Shown here piece after piece: positions 45,000 to 54,161 of a stretch of 64,000 bases of DNA. The number at the start of each line of letters is the position of its first letter. Within the stretch, counting starts at the first letter, position 1. The DNA comes from a virus. Position numbers and translations under genes: made by a program. The stretch is taken from the IMG/VR virus record IMGVR_UViG_3300023199_000051, positions 1 to 64,000 of that record. One strand, given 5' to 3'. The notes beneath the pieces are model-generated. The model saw only the letters and a list, made by a program, of their open reading frames with translations. It searched no databases and had not been told where the DNA came from.

Positions 45000-46754
45000 A
45001 TGGCTACATGGTCCCTCGGTCAGCTCTTCCACTTCATTGCCACCTCGCCAAAGGTTCCAGATGACCGGCGCGAGGCGACGCTGCAGATGATTCTGTCAGA
45101 GCCGGACAAGGCCCGAGCTGCGTTTAGCGGGAAGGGGGAGATCACGAGCGCGTTCTACCCGGAGGCGGAGCTGCGGGCAGGTGCGTGCCCTGTCGGCATG
45201 GAGCACGTTGGACCCGGCGGCGAGTGTCAAGAGAAGCCCGACCTCCCGCGGTTGGCCTACAGCGAGTACGACAAGATCCTGGTGGCCTTCAGTGGTGGCA
45301 AGGACTCCGTGGCCTGCGCGCTTGCGCTGTATGAGCGGCTGGTCGATGAGGGGGTGGACCCTCGCAAGAAGATGGAGCTGTGGCACCACAACGTCGATGG
45401 CTCCGAGGACCAGCCCGTCATCTGGGACTGGCCTTGCACCGAGAGCTACTGTCGGGCCTTCGCCGAGCACCTTGGGGTCCCCTTCCTCCTGCAGTACCGC
45501 AAGGGTGGCATCCACCGCGAGATGTGGCGCACTGACCAGTGTAGTGAGGCTGTGCACTTCCAGACCTGGGAGGACGGGCAGCTCGTGTGGCGTCGGCAGA
45601 AGCGGGATGAGGAGAGGTGCAGTCGCAACACGCGGCGCCGCTTCCCTCAGGTCACCGCGAACCTCGCCACGCGGTGGTGCACGGCCTACGTCAAGATCAT
45701 GGTGGCCGAGTCCGCCATCACCAACGACGAGCGCTTCGACTATGCCACCTACACCATGGTCAGCGGTGAGCGCCGGGAGGAGTCCAACAACCGGAGCAAG
45801 TACGCCGGCAACGAGGAGCACCGCACCAACACGGCCCACCGACCAACCTGGAACAAGGTCTACGAGGTGCGCTTCCTCGACTCCGAGGGGCGTCCCCTCA
45901 AGCCAGGCAAGGCGGGCCGCAAGAAGCGTGTCGACTTCGAGCGTCACAGCGCCATCGTGCATCGTGCCCTGGGCCTTGATCCTGAGATCGGCGTGTGGCT
46001 GTTTGCCAGAGAGGACTTCGCAAAGGCGGCCCGCAGCCAGCTCGTCGAGCGTGTCCTCACTGCCCATGATGAGTACGAGACGTCACGGGGCAAGAAGAAG
46101 AAGCGAATCGAGAAGGAGGCCAAGGCCAATGTAGCGTTCACCGAACGGTGGGAGCTGGTCGAGAACTGGACCTGGGGGAAGGTGAAGAGTGGAAAGGATC
46201 CGGCGAAGGTGCGACGCGGTACCCAGCGGACGCAGAGGTACGCCGATCAGTACCGGCCTGTCATCGACTGGCTAGAAGAGGACGTCTGGGAGATCATGCG
46301 GCGCTGGGGCATCGTCCCACACCCGTGCTACTGGCTCGGGTACTCGCGGGCCAGCTGCATGACGTGCATCTTCCTCCGCGACACTGACCTCACGAACCTG
46401 CGCCAGATCGACCCCGAGCGCTTCGAGCTGCACGTCAAGATGGAGAAGGAGACGGGCTACACCGTCGACCGGGAGATCTCGCTCACCGAGCGAGCCAACC
46501 AGGGCCAGTTCTTCGTCCCACAGCCGGGGCAGGAAACCTACAGTGTGCTCGACCACAACAAGCGCGTACGCCTCGGCCGCACCGCCTTTGAAGAGCTGAC
46601 GTATGAAGAGCGGCACGTCCAATGGCCCCGGTCCATCTACGACTACTGGGAGCCCGTTGCACTCTCTCGCGGTTACACTGGTCCCATCTACACGAAGCCT
46701 GACGAGTGGTACTACCCCGCGGGCGCGTTCCGGCACAGCGGAGGACCTGACTGA
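45000..46754 (+). CDS. PAPS-reductase family protein with a basic insertion
   Basis: AFSGGKDS, WHHNVDG, RWCTAYVK, SGERREES..RSKY, RPVIDW, HPCY.LG.SR.SC..CIF; ATG 45000 follows the promoter motif at 44983. Confidence 0.88.
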   Translation: MATWSLGQLFHFIATSPKVPDDRREATLQMILSEPDKARAAFSGKGEITSAFYPEAELRAGACPVGMEHVGPGGECQEKPDLPRLAYSEYDKILVAFSGGKDSVACALALYERLVDEGVDPRKKMELWHHNVDGSEDQPVIWDWPCTESYCRAFAEHLGVPFLLQYRKGGIHREMWRTDQCSEAVHFQTWEDGQLVWRRQKRDEERCSRNTRRRFPQVTANLATRWCTAYVKIMVAESAITNDERFDYATYTMVSGERREESNNRSKYAGNEEHRTNTAHRPTWNKVYEVRFLDSEGRPLKPGKAGRKKRVDFERHSAIVHRALGLDPEIGVWLFAREDFAKAARSQLVERVLTAHDEYETSRGKKKKRIEKEAKANVAFTERWELVENWTWGKVKSGKDPAKVRRGTQRTQRYADQYRPVIDWLEEDVWEIMRRWGIVPHPCYWLGYSRASCMTCIFLRDTDLTNLRQIDPERFELHVKMEKETGYTVDREISLTERANQGQFFVPQPGQETYSVLDHNKRVRLGRTAFEELTYEERHVQWPRSIYDYWEPVALSRGYTGPIYTKPDEWYYPAGAFRHSGGPD

Positions 46755-47200
46755 TGGCTGACACCAGCACAATCTTGATTGGACTTGGGCTCCTGGGTGC
46801 AGCAGGGGCTGTTGCATACGCCGTCTCCACTGCCAAGGAGGAGGTCGATGAGACCCGCGCGGAGTGGAAGAAGAGCAAGGAGGAGTGGAAGGAGCTGTAC
46901 CGTGAGGGGTACGAGACGGCGACTGCCCCCATCACAGCTGCGCGCGAGACGAAGGAAGCCCTCAAGAAGAAGGGGCGCGTGGTGGTGAAGTCCGTCAGGG
47001 ACACAGCGCAAGACGCAGCCTCGACCCCCGGTAAGAGGGCAGCTGCCCGCGCAGATGCACAGCTGCAAGAGGCCGTCCGCAAAGGAGCTGCGCAGTCGGC
47101 CGCGGAAGCAGCCCGCAGTCCCGAGCCCAGCTCCAGCGGATTCGGTGCCCGCCCTGCTCACTACCGCTACATCGTTCGCCGCGCACGGATCCGTGCTTGA
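46754..47200 (+). CDS. N-terminally membrane-anchored virion-like protein
   Basis: TM segment ILIGLGLLGAAGAVAYAV; C-terminal SGFGARPAHYRYIVRR. Confidence 0.7.
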   Translation: MADTSTILIGLGLLGAAGAVAYAVSTAKEEVDETRAEWKKSKEEWKELYREGYETATAPITAARETKEALKKKGRVVVKSVRDTAQDAASTPGKRAAARADAQLQEAVRKGAAQSAAEAARSPEPSSSGFGARPAHYRYIVRRARIRA

Positions 47201-47994
47201 TGACGACGGATGCTTCCATGCTGCTCTACGGCGCTGTCGGTGCTGCTCTGCTCGGCGGCACTCTTTGGTACCTCTCACGCGACGAGGACGAGGAGGGAGG
47301 GCCAGCCCCCGCGCCGGCTCCGCCGCCGACTCCGAAGACGATCGTCAAGAAGGTCGTTGACGAGCTGACTCCAGGTACGCAAGCTGCGAGGATCTACGCG
47401 GCTTACAAGGGACGCTCGGGCATGTCTCCTGCCCTAGCTAAGCGCATCGTGGATGTTGCCCACGCAGTCGGCGCACATCCCTTCGACCTGGCCAACCTCA
47501 TCAACTGGGAGTCGGGCCGCACGTTCCGCTCCGACATCCAGAACAAGGAGGGGGACCCTCCTAGCTTGGCGACGGGCCTCATCCAGTTCACACCGAGTAC
47601 AGCCAAGAAGCTAGGCACCACCGTCGATGCACTCGCGAAGCTCACCCCGGTGCAGCAGATGTCGTGGGTTCGGAAGTACCTGATGCGCGTGAAGGCCGGG
47701 CAGTGGGACGACAAGACGCCGGGCCCCCTCAACTCGCCGCAGCGCCTGGCAATGGCCGTGTTCTACCCCTGGGCGCGAGAGTGGGATCCCAACGCGAGCT
47801 TCGCCGCGAAGGGGCATGGTCGCGTGCTGGAGTGGAACCCCGGCATCACGAGCCCCGCGGCGTACCTCAACAAGATGGCCCGCGCCGCGAAGCTCTCGTT
47901 CGGTTCGACCATCCCCGAGATCGCAGAGCCCAAGCTGTCCGGGTTTGGCGCTCGCCCCGCCCATTACCGGTACCTGGTGCGCAGGACAGCGTAG
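47200..47994 (+). CDS. Membrane-anchored lytic transglycosylase (lysozyme-like fold)
   Basis: INWES catalytic Glu, ATGLIQFTPSTA, QQ.SWV.KY; N-terminal TM; same C-terminal motif as the upstream gene. Confidence 0.8.
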   Translation: MTTDASMLLYGAVGAALLGGTLWYLSRDEDEEGGPAPAPAPPPTPKTIVKKVVDELTPGTQAARIYAAYKGRSGMSPALAKRIVDVAHAVGAHPFDLANLINWESGRTFRSDIQNKEGDPPSLATGLIQFTPSTAKKLGTTVDALAKLTPVQQMSWVRKYLMRVKAGQWDDKTPGPLNSPQRLAMAVFYPWAREWDPNASFAAKGHGRVLEWNPGITSPAAYLNKMARAAKLSFGSTIPEIAEPKLSGFGARPAHYRYLVRRTA

Positions 47995-48078
47995 TCCGTG
48001 AGGGGGTTGCAGCCTACTAAGTAGTAGGAAGCCGCTTCTTCGGTTACCATGGCTGCACCACCAACCAGGAGCACCACT

Positions 48079-48273
48079 ATGCTGTCCGATCGCGCAATCG
48101 CTGGAATCCTCTTCGGCTCCATCGCCGGAGTCATCATCCAGGACAACAGCAAGACCATCCAGAAGAGCGTCACCAAGAACCCCGCAGCCGCCGCGGCCGG
48201 TGGCGCCGCTCTCCTGTCGGGCGGCGACTACGCCTACCGCAAGTTCTCCGAGAAGAAGAAGAAGAGCGCCTGA
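48079..48273 (+). CDS. Small membrane protein, paralogue A
   Basis: SDRAIA...DYAYR; AGGAG RBS. Confidence 0.65.
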   Translation: MLSDRAIAGILFGSIAGVIIQDNSKTIQKSVTKNPAAAAAGGAALLSGGDYAYRKFSEKKKKSA

Positions 48274-48476
48274 TGATCAGCGACCGCACCATCGCGCTGT
48301 CCATCTTCAGCGTCATCACTGGCGCTGTGCTCTCCGACAAGAGCAAGTTGTACCAGGAGTACGTGACGGACCGTCCAGAGGTGGCAGCACCTCTGTTCAC
48401 TGGAAGCGTGCTCGCGGCTGACTACGCCTACCGGACCCTCACCGAAGACGGATCACAGACACCCTCGGAGACCTAG
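48273..48476 (+). CDS. Small membrane protein, paralogue B
   Basis: SDRTIA...DYAYR; TGATG-coupled. Confidence 0.65.
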   Translation: MISDRTIALSIFSVITGAVLSDKSKLYQEYVTDRPEVAAPLFTGSVLAADYAYRTLTEDGSQTPSET

Positions 48477-50408
48477 ATGGCCAAGCTCCCCGTCCGGCAG
48501 ACGCAGACCGACGCGGAGCGCCACATCTTCGGGGCGCTTGTAGGAGGAGCAGCCGGCACAGCCCTCGGGCAGGTGATCGGCGTGCCCTTCATGCCCAGCG
48601 GGGTCGCGGGTGCTCTTGGTGGCATCGCGCTCGCACGCTGGGACATTGAGCAGGACAAGAAGGACACAGGGGTCTCGATCGGCCAGATCGAAGAAGACCC
48701 ACAGCTGTCCGACAACGAGCGGCTGAACATCCGAGAGCGCATCAAGCTCTTTCGTGCACGGCAGCAGCAGCGCAAGGATGCGCTGGCCCTCGCAGGGCAG
48801 CAGGCTAACCAGCTGGCCGATGACCTGGGCGCCACCGCCGAAGCTGTCGAAGCAGCGGCGGAGGAAGGGCACGACATTGGTGATGCGCCTACAGCCCTGT
48901 CGAGCAGGCTGCAGCGGGTGCGCAGCGCCTTCGGCCGCATCAAGCGGGCAGCGCAGGCCGCTGCCGATGAGGAAGAGGAACGAGCGCAAGAGCTGTACGA
49001 GGAGCTGGAGGCCACGCGCAAGCGCAACAAGACGCTTGGCTACATCGCACTTGGCGGCACACTCGGCGCGCTGGCTGGGTACATGGTCAACGACACCGAA
49101 GGGAGCGTAGCTGGCAGCTTCTTCGGTGCCGCGGCAGGCCTGATCACAGCGGGCATCATCACGTCCGAGCCCACCGCCGAGGACGATCTGGTGGTGTCTG
49201 GCCTCGACGACGAGGTGGGGTTCGGACCTGGTGGCGCCATTCCGTACCGGTCGTGGGCCGAGCTGCAAGGAGGCCCCGGCCCTTGGTCCATGGAGCGCTT
49301 GTTCCTGGCCAGTCAGTACAAGCCAGACCGCTTCGGCTGGGCTGCACTGCCCTCCACGCAGAGCGCGTACGGGCCAGCCTTCGCCAACACCCCGGCCGCC
49401 ATCCCCGGCCCTGGCGGCGTGCCACAGTTCGGTACGGGCTTCGGCCCTGCCTACCTGAACATGCCGCACGACACAGCACCTGGCCTTGTCACACCGCCAA
49501 GCTACGCCTACCAGCAGGACGTCTCTCCGCGAGCTGCAGAGGCAGCGCGAGTCTTCTCCGGCCACCTGCGGCGCCGCGGCATCGAGGTCAAGCACGCTTT
49601 CTTCCGATGGCCTGGCCCCGCCCGCGCGCACGGCACGACCTATGCGCCAAGCTGGGGTGAGCATGCTGCTGCACAGCGCATCGCCAAGCGCGTGGCGCAG
49701 CGTGCCAACCTGCACGCGGTCCTCTTCACCGGATCGGAGCCGGGCACCTACACCATCCACTTCACCGACAACCCCACCGTGCTGATGGCGCAAGCTCAAG
49801 GTAGAGGCGCACAGACGTCGCAGATCGCAGGTGTCGGGTTCCTCGGCGAGGAGAGCATCTCCAGCGCTACCTCATACGCCGCAGAAGGTCTCGATGGCTT
49901 TGGAGACTACATCCTTGGCGGCCTTGCTGGTGCAACCGCTGGGGCCTACCTCGCTGGAGAGAAGCAGCGCACCTCTGGCGGGGTCGCTGGGTTCTTGTCC
50001 GGCATTGCTTTGACGTGGCTCACGGATCCCGGCCCCCTCCCTCCCGTCGTCACCGAGCGCGGGGACATCGCCCGCGACGCCTTGGAGATGATCGAGGATG
50101 GCAACGTGGGCCGCGTGCTCACCATGGGCATCTGGGGACCTGCCGCCTACTGGGCTGCCACAGAGGCCGAGCATCCCATCCTGGCAGTCGGGTTGGCGGT
50201 TGGTGGTGTGGGCATGGTGGCGGGTGCTGCGCGGAGCTACGCGCGCACACAGCGGCTCCGCTCACGTCTCGAAGCTGCCACCAAGCGTGGTCCTCAAGCC
50301 AAGCTCATCACAGAGGAGGAGGCAGCAGCTGGGCGCATCATCGACGATCCCGAGATCCTGGAGAAGCTAGCGACTCCCAAGAAGCAACTGCGGAGGTTAT
50401 CGCTATGA
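48477..50408 (+). CDS. 643-aa glycine-zipper/coiled-coil membrane protein (virion or ejection-like)
   Basis: Several GxxxG hydrophobic hairpins, coiled coil, recurring GFG motifs. Confidence 0.65.
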   Translation: MAKLPVRQTQTDAERHIFGALVGGAAGTALGQVIGVPFMPSGVAGALGGIALARWDIEQDKKDTGVSIGQIEEDPQLSDNERLNIRERIKLFRARQQQRKDALALAGQQANQLADDLGATAEAVEAAAEEGHDIGDAPTALSSRLQRVRSAFGRIKRAAQAAADEEEERAQELYEELEATRKRNKTLGYIALGGTLGALAGYMVNDTEGSVAGSFFGAAAGLITAGIITSEPTAEDDLVVSGLDDEVGFGPGGAIPYRSWAELQGGPGPWSMERLFLASQYKPDRFGWAALPSTQSAYGPAFANTPAAIPGPGGVPQFGTGFGPAYLNMPHDTAPGLVTPPSYAYQQDVSPRAAEAARVFSGHLRRRGIEVKHAFFRWPGPARAHGTTYAPSWGEHAAAQRIAKRVAQRANLHAVLFTGSEPGTYTIHFTDNPTVLMAQAQGRGAQTSQIAGVGFLGEESISSATSYAAEGLDGFGDYILGGLAGATAGAYLAGEKQRTSGGVAGFLSGIALTWLTDPGPLPPVVTERGDIARDALEMIEDGNVGRVLTMGIWGPAAYWAATEAEHPILAVGLAVGGVGMVAGAARSYARTQRLRSRLEAATKRGPQAKLITEEEAAAGRIIDDPEILEKLATPKKQLRRLSL

Positions 50409-50785
50409 GTGCCGCAGCAGCAGCCGTTGCAGCCAGCTCTGACGTCCGTATCGAGCCTTCCTCGGTTGCCGGCTTCGTCGCGGTCGCCGGTCCCCGTCGA
50501 GGGCGCCGTCGCGGCCGTCGAGGGCGCCGTCGCCGTGGCCGCTGGAGCCGACCTCTCCCTGGACCCGGCGGCGGAACCTTCCGGCGATGGGTAGGGCCTG
50601 GAGGCATCAGGCCACGCAGGCGTAGAAGGCGCCGCCGTCACTGGCGTCGTGGGTTCTCATACGGCCCGTACTACTACGGTGCGCCGTGGTGGTGGTACGG
50701 GTACGGGCCCTACATGCGCTGGCTGATGTGTCGGCGCCGCGGCTACCCCTGGTGCCCACCACCGCCTCCACGCTACTGGTACTAG
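50405..50785 (+). CDS. Arg-rich protein with Ala-rich leader and aromatic tail (candidate DNA-condensing core protein)
   Basis: PRRGRRRGRRGRRRRG...RRRRRRRRHW...YYYGAPWWWYGY; ATGA-type overlap. Confidence 0.55.
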   Translation: MSAAAAAVAASSDVRIEPSSVAGFVAVAGPRRGRRRGRRGRRRRGRWSRPLPGPGGGTFRRWVGPGGIRPRRRRRRRRHWRRGFSYGPYYYGAPWWWYGYGPYMRWLMCRRRGYPWCPPPPPRYWY

Positions 50786-50793
50786 GAGGCTGC

Positions 50794-51192
50794 ATGCTGT
50801 TCCCTGACAGCTACGAAGGCGCACTTGAAGACGCACCACCTTGGGTCCGCGAAGCGTGGAGCGCGTACCAGCAGCTGCCCGAGGACGAGCAACTTGCAGT
50901 CCCCTTTCTGTACTTCGTCCTGGGTCGGAAGGGGACACCCCCCTTCAAGGTGAGCAAGGACAACGCGCTGTACTTTGACCCAAGCCCCGTGAAGGGTGCA
51001 CAGTGCAGTGGGTGTCCCTTCGCCTACGAGAAGGTCACGAAGCGCGGTCGCTTCATCTGCTCGCAGATCCGCGGCACCATCGAGCCGGACGGGTGGTGCG
51101 TCATTCCACACCTACGAGGGGTCTGGAAGTCGTTGAAGGCATCGACGATCAACAAGCTGATCGACCGCGTTGAAGATCGGCGATCTGCGTAG
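50794..51192 (+). CDS. HiPIP-like 4-Cys (4Fe-4S) protein
   Basis: ALY..P...QCSGC...CSQIRGTIEPDGWC; GGAGG RBS. Confidence 0.65.
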   Translation: MLFPDSYEGALEDAPPWVREAWSAYQQLPEDEQLAVPFLYFVLGRKGTPPFKVSKDNALYFDPSPVKGAQCSGCPFAYEKVTKRGRFICSQIRGTIEPDGWCVIPHLRGVWKSLKASTINKLIDRVEDRRSA

Positions 51193-51261
51193 AGGTGCGG
51201 GAGGCACCGTGCTAGGTTGAGGCTGCCGTCTCACCAACAGCACCACTCCAGGAACACCGCC

Positions 51262-53802
51262 ATGTCAGACAGGTTCATCCCCCCGCACAACCACTCCGTG
51301 GATGACCTCCCTGTAGGGAAGGGGCCAGGCAAGGTGGCCCTCTGGGTCGATGTCGCGTCCCTGATCAGTGCTCCCTCTCTGGATAATGCCTACCAGAACG
51401 GCAGTGTGATCACCACCACCCCAGGCAGTGGGGACGTGGTGATCGGAGGCGATCAAGACTTCATCCTCTCGACGTCCGGGGCTGTCAACCAGACCGGATC
51501 GGGCCAAGTCACGTTCAGCGGCAACGTTGACGCAGACGCGGGGCTCGACGTTGTTGGAGGCAGCTTCACCCATGCAGCTGGAGGTACAGGTGACGTAGAC
51601 GTGGCCTGGGACTTCTCGGGTGGCGTCACCATCAGCGGCGACAACCTGACCGTCAATGACGGTGTGCCTGTGGTCTTCGGCGACGACAGCAACTGGAGCG
51701 TGCAGTACGACGAGGCGGGTAGTGATGCCCTGGAGGTTGCCGGTGCGGCCCAGACGGCCGACAACACAGCCGGCTACGGTCTCTCCGTCACCGGTAGCCA
51801 GGGTGGATCCACACCAGACGGGACAGCTGCTGGTGATGGCGGTCCGCTGTCCTTCACCTCTGGCGCTGGTGGTGCAGGCAGCGCCACGGGAGCTGGTGGT
51901 GACTCTGGAGACGTGCTCCTCGACGTTGGTGCAGCTGGCGCTGATGGTGGTGGAGGGGCAGGTAGCACGGGCACCGTCAAGATCGGCGGCACGACGGTCA
52001 ACCCGATCGAAGCCACGACGGCTGCCGACGAGCTGACCGCCATCGCCCTGCTCACCAACACCACCGAGTCTGCGGGCTTCTTCGTGGGGTCCAGCGACCC
52101 CAGTGGCACGGTCACTGGGGCCGCCGCCTCGCTGTTCCTACGCGACACCGGAGCTGGCGGCGAGGTCTACGTCAACACCTCAGCCGGCAGCGGTACGACG
52201 TGGACACAGCTCGGGTCTGGAGGCGGCGGCATCGGAGGCAGCGTCGGCACGATAGACAACGCCATCCCCCGCGCGGATGGTGCGGGTGGTTCCACGCTTC
52301 AAGGTGGCGCTTCCAACGACAATGTGATCCTGGAGGACAACGGCCACCTGCGTCCAGAGGTGGACAGCGGCGGCCGGCTCGGTACGGCGACCTTCGGCTG
52401 GCAGGAGCTGCATCTCTCATCCGGCGGTGACATCATCTTCAACAACGACATCACCATCCGAGATGCCTTCGGTCCGCTGTTCTTCGAGGACGCGACGGCC
52501 TACCGGTTCGATTCTGATGTGACTCCCCGGACGGACGGTGGAGGCAGTCTCGGATCGGCCGGTGTCCCGTGGGGCAGTGTCTACATCAACGAGGGTGATG
52601 ACATCAACTGGATTGTCAGCTCGGCGACCGACGTAGCGATCAACCACATCGAAGACAAGCTGACCTTCACCGGCGCGACCATTGGCTACGTCTTCGAAGA
52701 CGGCCCTGTCGGCATCGATCGTCTCGCAGCCAAGCCCGCAGCCATCAACGGCTCCATCCAGCTGTGGGGCGGGCAGATGTCAGGGGGTGTGCTGCAGCTC
52801 GGGATGATCGATGGCATCAACGACTTCGAGCGTGCCGTTGTCGGGGTCTGGGACTTCGGCATCCTACACTCCGCACAGCTCCGTGACTCGGGCTTCTCGA
52901 ACAACCTCTCGATCCGCCAGGCCACTGGATGGTGGTTCCAGGGTGTCGCCGCTCCGACGTCCGGGGACACCTTCACTGTCACCGACGGGTCGACCTCGCG
53001 TGTCTACGGGTTCGACGCTGGCGGTGACGTCGTAGTTGCCCTGGGCGCTGACAACACCGAGACCATGCGCAACTTCGTCGCAGCTGTGAATGGGGACGGG
53101 TCGAGCCTATGGGGAGCACGCTTCATCTCCCACCTGCGAAACGCGGCCGACGGTGCAGTGGTGATGTACCGCCTCGACCAGTCGAGCAACAGCTTCGACG
53201 ACCGGATCTTCGCTTCGCTGTCGACGGGTACCATCCAATACTTCAACCTGGAGAACGACGTCGACTACCGGGCCTTCGGCGTGAGTGGGTCGACCAGCAT
53301 CCCCAGCTCCGATCCGGGCGTCAAGACGTTCGGGCCCGGCCGCCGCTTCAACGAGACGACGGGCGGCCTGGTCTTCTTCAGCTTCCTCGAAGGCCGCATG
53401 TTCTACGCGGACTACACGAGAGCTGAGGGTGCCTGGGAGGAGATCGACCCGATGGTGCGCCGGTTCGTCCGTGTTGCCACGGACAGCAACATCGCCGATC
53501 TGTCAGCAGGTGCCCCTGACACCACCGACATGATAGCCCTTGCCGCTGGGGACCTTGTGCTGGTCCGATCACAGACGGCCACCGCGGAGAACGGCGTGTA
53601 CTTCGTCGAGTCGGTGGGCACGGGCTCGGACGGCACCTGGGAGCGCGTGAGCTGGTTCAACGCTACCTCGGAGGATGGGCTGTCTGCCGGGCTGGAGATC
53701 TACGTCCAAGAGGGCGCTGTCCGCGAGAAGACCACCTACACGCTCACCACGACGGGCGCGGTTACCATCGACACCACAGGCCTCACCTTCGAGGCACTGT
53801 AG
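51262..53802 (+). CDS. Long fibre/spike protein
   Basis: Gly/Thr-rich beta repeats; C-terminal VRVAT...GDLVLVRSQT...ENGVY...W.R...V.EG fibre module. Confidence 0.75.
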   Translation: MSDRFIPPHNHSVDDLPVGKGPGKVALWVDVASLISAPSLDNAYQNGSVITTTPGSGDVVIGGDQDFILSTSGAVNQTGSGQVTFSGNVDADAGLDVVGGSFTHAAGGTGDVDVAWDFSGGVTISGDNLTVNDGVPVVFGDDSNWSVQYDEAGSDALEVAGAAQTADNTAGYGLSVTGSQGGSTPDGTAAGDGGPLSFTSGAGGAGSATGAGGDSGDVLLDVGAAGADGGGGAGSTGTVKIGGTTVNPIEATTAADELTAIALLTNTTESAGFFVGSSDPSGTVTGAAASLFLRDTGAGGEVYVNTSAGSGTTWTQLGSGGGGIGGSVGTIDNAIPRADGAGGSTLQGGASNDNVILEDNGHLRPEVDSGGRLGTATFGWQELHLSSGGDIIFNNDITIRDAFGPLFFEDATAYRFDSDVTPRTDGGGSLGSAGVPWGSVYINEGDDINWIVSSATDVAINHIEDKLTFTGATIGYVFEDGPVGIDRLAAKPAAINGSIQLWGGQMSGGVLQLGMIDGINDFERAVVGVWDFGILHSAQLRDSGFSNNLSIRQATGWWFQGVAAPTSGDTFTVTDGSTSRVYGFDAGGDVVVALGADNTETMRNFVAAVNGDGSSLWGARFISHLRNAADGAVVMYRLDQSSNSFDDRIFASLSTGTIQYFNLENDVDYRAFGVSGSTSIPSSDPGVKTFGPGRRFNETTGGLVFFSFLEGRMFYADYTRAEGAWEEIDPMVRRFVRVATDSNIADLSAGAPDTTDMIALAAGDLVLVRSQTATAENGVYFVESVGTGSDGTWERVSWFNATSEDGLSAGLEIYVQEGAVREKTTYTLTTTGAVTIDTTGLTFEAL

Positions 53803-53827
53803 TCACCCCCTGACCTCGGAGGCCTCC

Positions 53828-54136
53828 ATGGCCCTGCAGCTGTCCTACGACGACAAATACGGCTCCACGCACAAGGCCGCCTACCACATGGTCGGCAGCT
53901 TGAGGATCAGCCGACCCCGACAAGTCGGGATCTTCGTGATCTGGACGTACGTCGACCAGGCCGCACGGGCCAAAGGCGCGAAGCCGCTCCGCAGGCTGGA
54001 GTACATCCTCACAGGCGACGACTACGAGGCAGTCTTCGGCGAGAAGGCCACGAGCCCTGCAGGCGCCAACGTAGTAGCGAACATCTACGGGCACCTCAAG
54101 AAGCTCGAAGAGTGGTCGGACGCCCTAGACGTGTAG
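53828..54136 (+). CDS. Fibre-associated small protein (assembly chaperone-like)
   Basis: MAL..Y...AY...Y.D.AAR...Y.HLK.L.EW.DA.DV pattern; directly after the fibre gene. Confidence 0.55.
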   Translation: MALQLSYDDKYGSTHKAAYHMVGSLRISRPRQVGIFVIWTYVDQAARAKGAKPLRRLEYILTGDDYEAVFGEKATSPAGANVVANIYGHLKKLEEWSDALDV

Positions 54137-54161
54137 GACTGCCGCAGGGGCGCTGTACGTC

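Noticed and set aside
45000-46754. Calling this gene dndC or cysH
   Set aside because: Only the fold-level motif is supported; no dndBDE or sulfate assimilation genes are nearby.
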